From Mycobacteriales bacterium (GTDB lineage: Bacteria > Actinomycetota > Actinomycetes > JAFAQI01), in contig DASSKP010000048.1 of NCBI GenBank assembly GCA_035690365.1, forward strand, positions 10,077 through 74,076: a DNA stretch of 64,000 bases, given 5' to 3'. Position 1 is the stretch's first letter, and the number at the start of each line of letters is the position of its first letter. The translations under genes and the position numbers were made by a program. Under the pieces are notes generated by a model, which ran no database searches, was not told where the DNA came from, and worked only from the letters and a program-made list of their open reading frames with translations. Below, one piece after another: positions 61,958 to 64,000 of this stretch.

Positions 61958-62754
61958 TCGGCGCCTTCGGCACCCTCGGCGCTGTCAGCCTTCGCGGGGC
62001 CGGCGCCCTTGACCCACTTGTCGTAGCCCTCGGCCTCGAGCAGGTCGGCGAGCTCCGGGCCACCCTCCTCGACGAACCGGCCGCCGACGAAGACGTGGAC
62101 GTAGTCAGGCTTGATGTAGCGCAGGATCCGCGTGTAGTGGGTGATGAGCAGCGTGCCGGTCGTCCCGCTCTCGCGCACCCGGTTGACCCCCGCCGACACG
62201 ACCTTGAGCGCGTCGACGTCGAGACCGGAGTCGGTCTCGTCGAGGATCGCGACCTTCGGCTTGAGCAGCTCGAGCTGGAGCACCTCGAAGCGCTTCTTCT
62301 CGCCGCCGGAGAAGCCCTCGTTGACCGAGCGCTCCTTGAAGCTGGAGTCGATGCTCAGGCGCTCGAACGCGGCGTTGAGGTCCTTGACCCAGGTGCGGAG
62401 CTTCGGCGCCTCGCCCTGGATCGCGGTGACGGCCGTGCGCAGGAAGTTGGAGACGCTGACGCCGGGGACCTCGACGGGATATTGCATCGCGAGGAACAGG
62501 CCGGCGCGGGCGCGCTCGTCGACCTTCATCGCGAGGACGTCCTCACCGTCGAGCGTCACCGACCCATCGGTGACCTGGTAGCGCGGGTGGCCGGCGATGG
62601 AGTAGGCGAGCGTCGACTTGCCGGAGCCGTTGGGTCCCATGATCGCGTGTGTCTCGCCCTGCTTGATGGTGAGGTCGACGCCCTTGAGGATCTCGCGGGC
62701 ACCGTCACCGCCGTCGACGCTGACGTGCAGGTTCTTGATCTCGAGCGTGGCCAC
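61954..62754 (-). CDS. sufC: Fe-S cluster assembly ATPase SufC
   Basis: 266 aa with Walker A GPNGSGKST and signature FSGGEKKR. GTG start directly after the Rieske gene stop. Confidence 0.92.
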   Translation of the reverse strand: MATLEIKNLHVSVDGGDGAREILKGVDLTIKQGETHAIMGPNGSGKSTLAYSIAGHPRYQVTDGSVTLDGEDVLAMKVDERARAGLFLAMQYPVEVPGVSVSNFLRTAVTAIQGEAPKLRTWVKDLNAAFERLSIDSSFKERSVNEGFSGGEKKRFEVLQLELLKPKVAILDETDSGLDVDALKVVSAGVNRVRESGTTGTLLITHYTRILRYIKPDYVHVFVGGRFVEEGGPELADLLEAEGYDKWVKGAGPAKADSAEGAEGAE

Positions 62755-63093
62755 TTATGACTCCTTCAGCGACACGTAGACGTCGTCGCCGTCGATCTTC
62801 ACGGGATAGGTCGGGACGGGGCGGTTGGCCGGCAGTCCGGTCGGCCGGCCGGTGCGCAGGTCGAAGCGCGACCCGTGCAGCCAGCACTCGACGGTGCCGT
62901 CCTCGACGTCGCCGTCGGAGAGGTTGACGTCGGCGTGCGAGCAGATGTCGGAGATGGCGTAGACCTCGCCCTGCGTCCTCGCGACGCACAACGGGACACC
63001 GTCGATCTCGAGACCGACCGCCGTGTTGTCGGCGAGCTGGCTGAGCTTGCAGGCGAGCCGGAAGTCAGCGCTTTCGTAGGCCGCGGCACTCAT
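62755..63093 (-). CDS. Rieske [2Fe-2S] ferredoxin-like protein embedded in the suf operon
   Basis: 112 aa with CSHADVNLS...CWLHGSRF (CxH...CxxH). ATGA overlap with the sufD stop. Confidence 0.85.
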   Translation of the reverse strand: MSAAAYESADFRLACKLSQLADNTAVGLEIDGVPLCVARTQGEVYAISDICSHADVNLSDGDVEDGTVECWLHGSRFDLRTGRPTGLPANRPVPTYPVKIDGDDVYVSLKES

Positions 63094-64000
63094 GCGGGCA
63101 CCGCTTCCTGGAAGCCTTCGCTGCGGGCCAGCTCTTCGTCGACGCGCGTCATCAAGCGCTGCTCGACGTCGGGCAGACCGATGCGCTCGATGATGTCGGC
63201 GAAGAAGCCACGCACCACCAGGCGGCGGGCCGTGGCCTCGTCGATGCCGCGCGCCATCAGGTAGAACAGCTGCTCGTCGTCGAATCGGCCGGTCGCGCTC
63301 GCGTGCCCCGCGCCGGCGACCTCGCCGGTCTCGATCTCGAGGTTGGGCACGCTGTCGGCGCGCGCGCCGTCGGTGAGCAGCAGGTTGCGGTTGAGCTCGT
63401 AGGTGTCGGTGCCCTCCGCGTTGGCGCGGATGATGACGTCGCCGATCCAGACCGTGTGCGCCTTGTCGCCCTGCAGCGCACCCTTGTAGGTGACGCGACT
63501 GCGGCAGCGCGGCTGGTCATGGTCGACGAGCAGCCGGTGCTCGAGGTGCTGGCCGTCGTCGGCGAAGAACAGACCGAGAAGCTCGGCGTCGCCACCGGGG
63601 CCGGCAAACCGCACGATCGGGTTGATCCGGACGAGGTCGCCGCCCAGGGTGACGACGACCGACTTGAAGGTCGCGTCGCGCCCCACGCACGCCATGTGGT
63701 GCGCGAGGTGGACCGTGTCGTTGTCCCAGTCCTGGAGGCTGACGAAGGTCAGCTTCGCGCCGTCGCCGACGTTGATCTCGACGTTGGCTGCCCTGGTCGC
63801 CGTACCGATGTGGTCGATGACGACGGTGGCCTCGGCGTAGGCGCCGACCACGATCGTGGTGTGGCCGTAGGACGAGCCACCCTCGCCGCGGATCGCGATC
63901 GAGACCGGCTTGTCCGGCCGAGCCTCGGCCGGGATGTCGATGACCGTGGCCTGCTGCGTGCCCTCGAACGCCAGCGCGGCGACTCGCTCTGTCGGCCGGA
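63090..64000 (-). CDS. sufD: Fe-S cluster assembly protein SufD (5' end outside window)
   Basis: The frame stays open to the window end. C-terminal ...TYELNRNLLLTDGARADSVPNLEIETGEVAGAGHASATGRFDDEQLFYLMARGI... is the SufB/SufD beta-helix signature. Confidence 0.88.
   Translation of the reverse strand, partial: RPTERVAALAFEGTQQATVIDIPAEARPDKPVSIAIRGEGGSSYGHTTIVVGAYAEATVVIDHIGTATRAANVEINVGDGAKLTFVSLQDWDNDTVHLAHHMACVGRDATFKSVVVTLGGDLVRINPIVRFAGPGGDAELLGLFFADDGQHLEHRLLVDHDQPRCRSRVTYKGALQGDKAHTVWIGDVIIRANAEGTDTYELNRNLLLTDGARADSVPNLEIETGEVAGAGHASATGRFDDEQLFYLMARGIDEATARRLVVRGFFADIIERIGLPDVEQRLMTRVDEELARSEGFQEAVPA

Overview
Very GC-rich, actinobacterial-type chromosomal segment. Third codon positions are almost all G/C, GTG starts are frequent, and many neighbouring genes share 1-4 nt stop/start overlaps. 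It codes densely on both strands, and I can support about 60 protein genes, one tRNA and a few short non-coding elements. All function calls come from motifs I recognise by eye; no search was run.

Main content:
- Selenium / molybdenum / formate dehydrogenase gene set, in two blocks.
  - Block 1 (minus strand): selA-selB-moaA-mobA-DUF6457-dodecin, chained by overlapping or near-abutting stops and starts.
  - Block 2: tRNA-Sec (selC), a STAS-domain gene, selD, a three-gene formate dehydrogenase operon and fdhD. The catalytic subunit carries an in-frame TGA (selenocysteine) followed by a SECIS-like hairpin; the ORF track splits this gene in two.
- Core metabolism and envelope genes: tldD/pmbA pair, siroheme synthase, murT-gatD, an M16 peptidase pair with two large membrane proteins, acnR-acn, fadE/echA-like genes, an ABC-F ATPase and the suf operon (sufD-Rieske-sufC-sufS-sufU-sufT).
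- Regulatory and accessory genes: an ECF sigma/anti-sigma pair chained to a sirtuin and an acyl-CoA synthetase, a HelD-type helicase, an RsbW-like kinase with a coupled unknown protein, a protein made of ADERDR heptad repeats, a secreted DUF1524/CapA fusion, and a beta-helix protein with a sortase-like signal.

Most unusual non-genic signal: a 40-44 bp CTAG-centred palindromic element present three times. Two near-identical copies lie between fdhA and fdhD, and one perfect copy lies directly after acn.

No CRISPR array, transposase, integrase or rRNA was seen.
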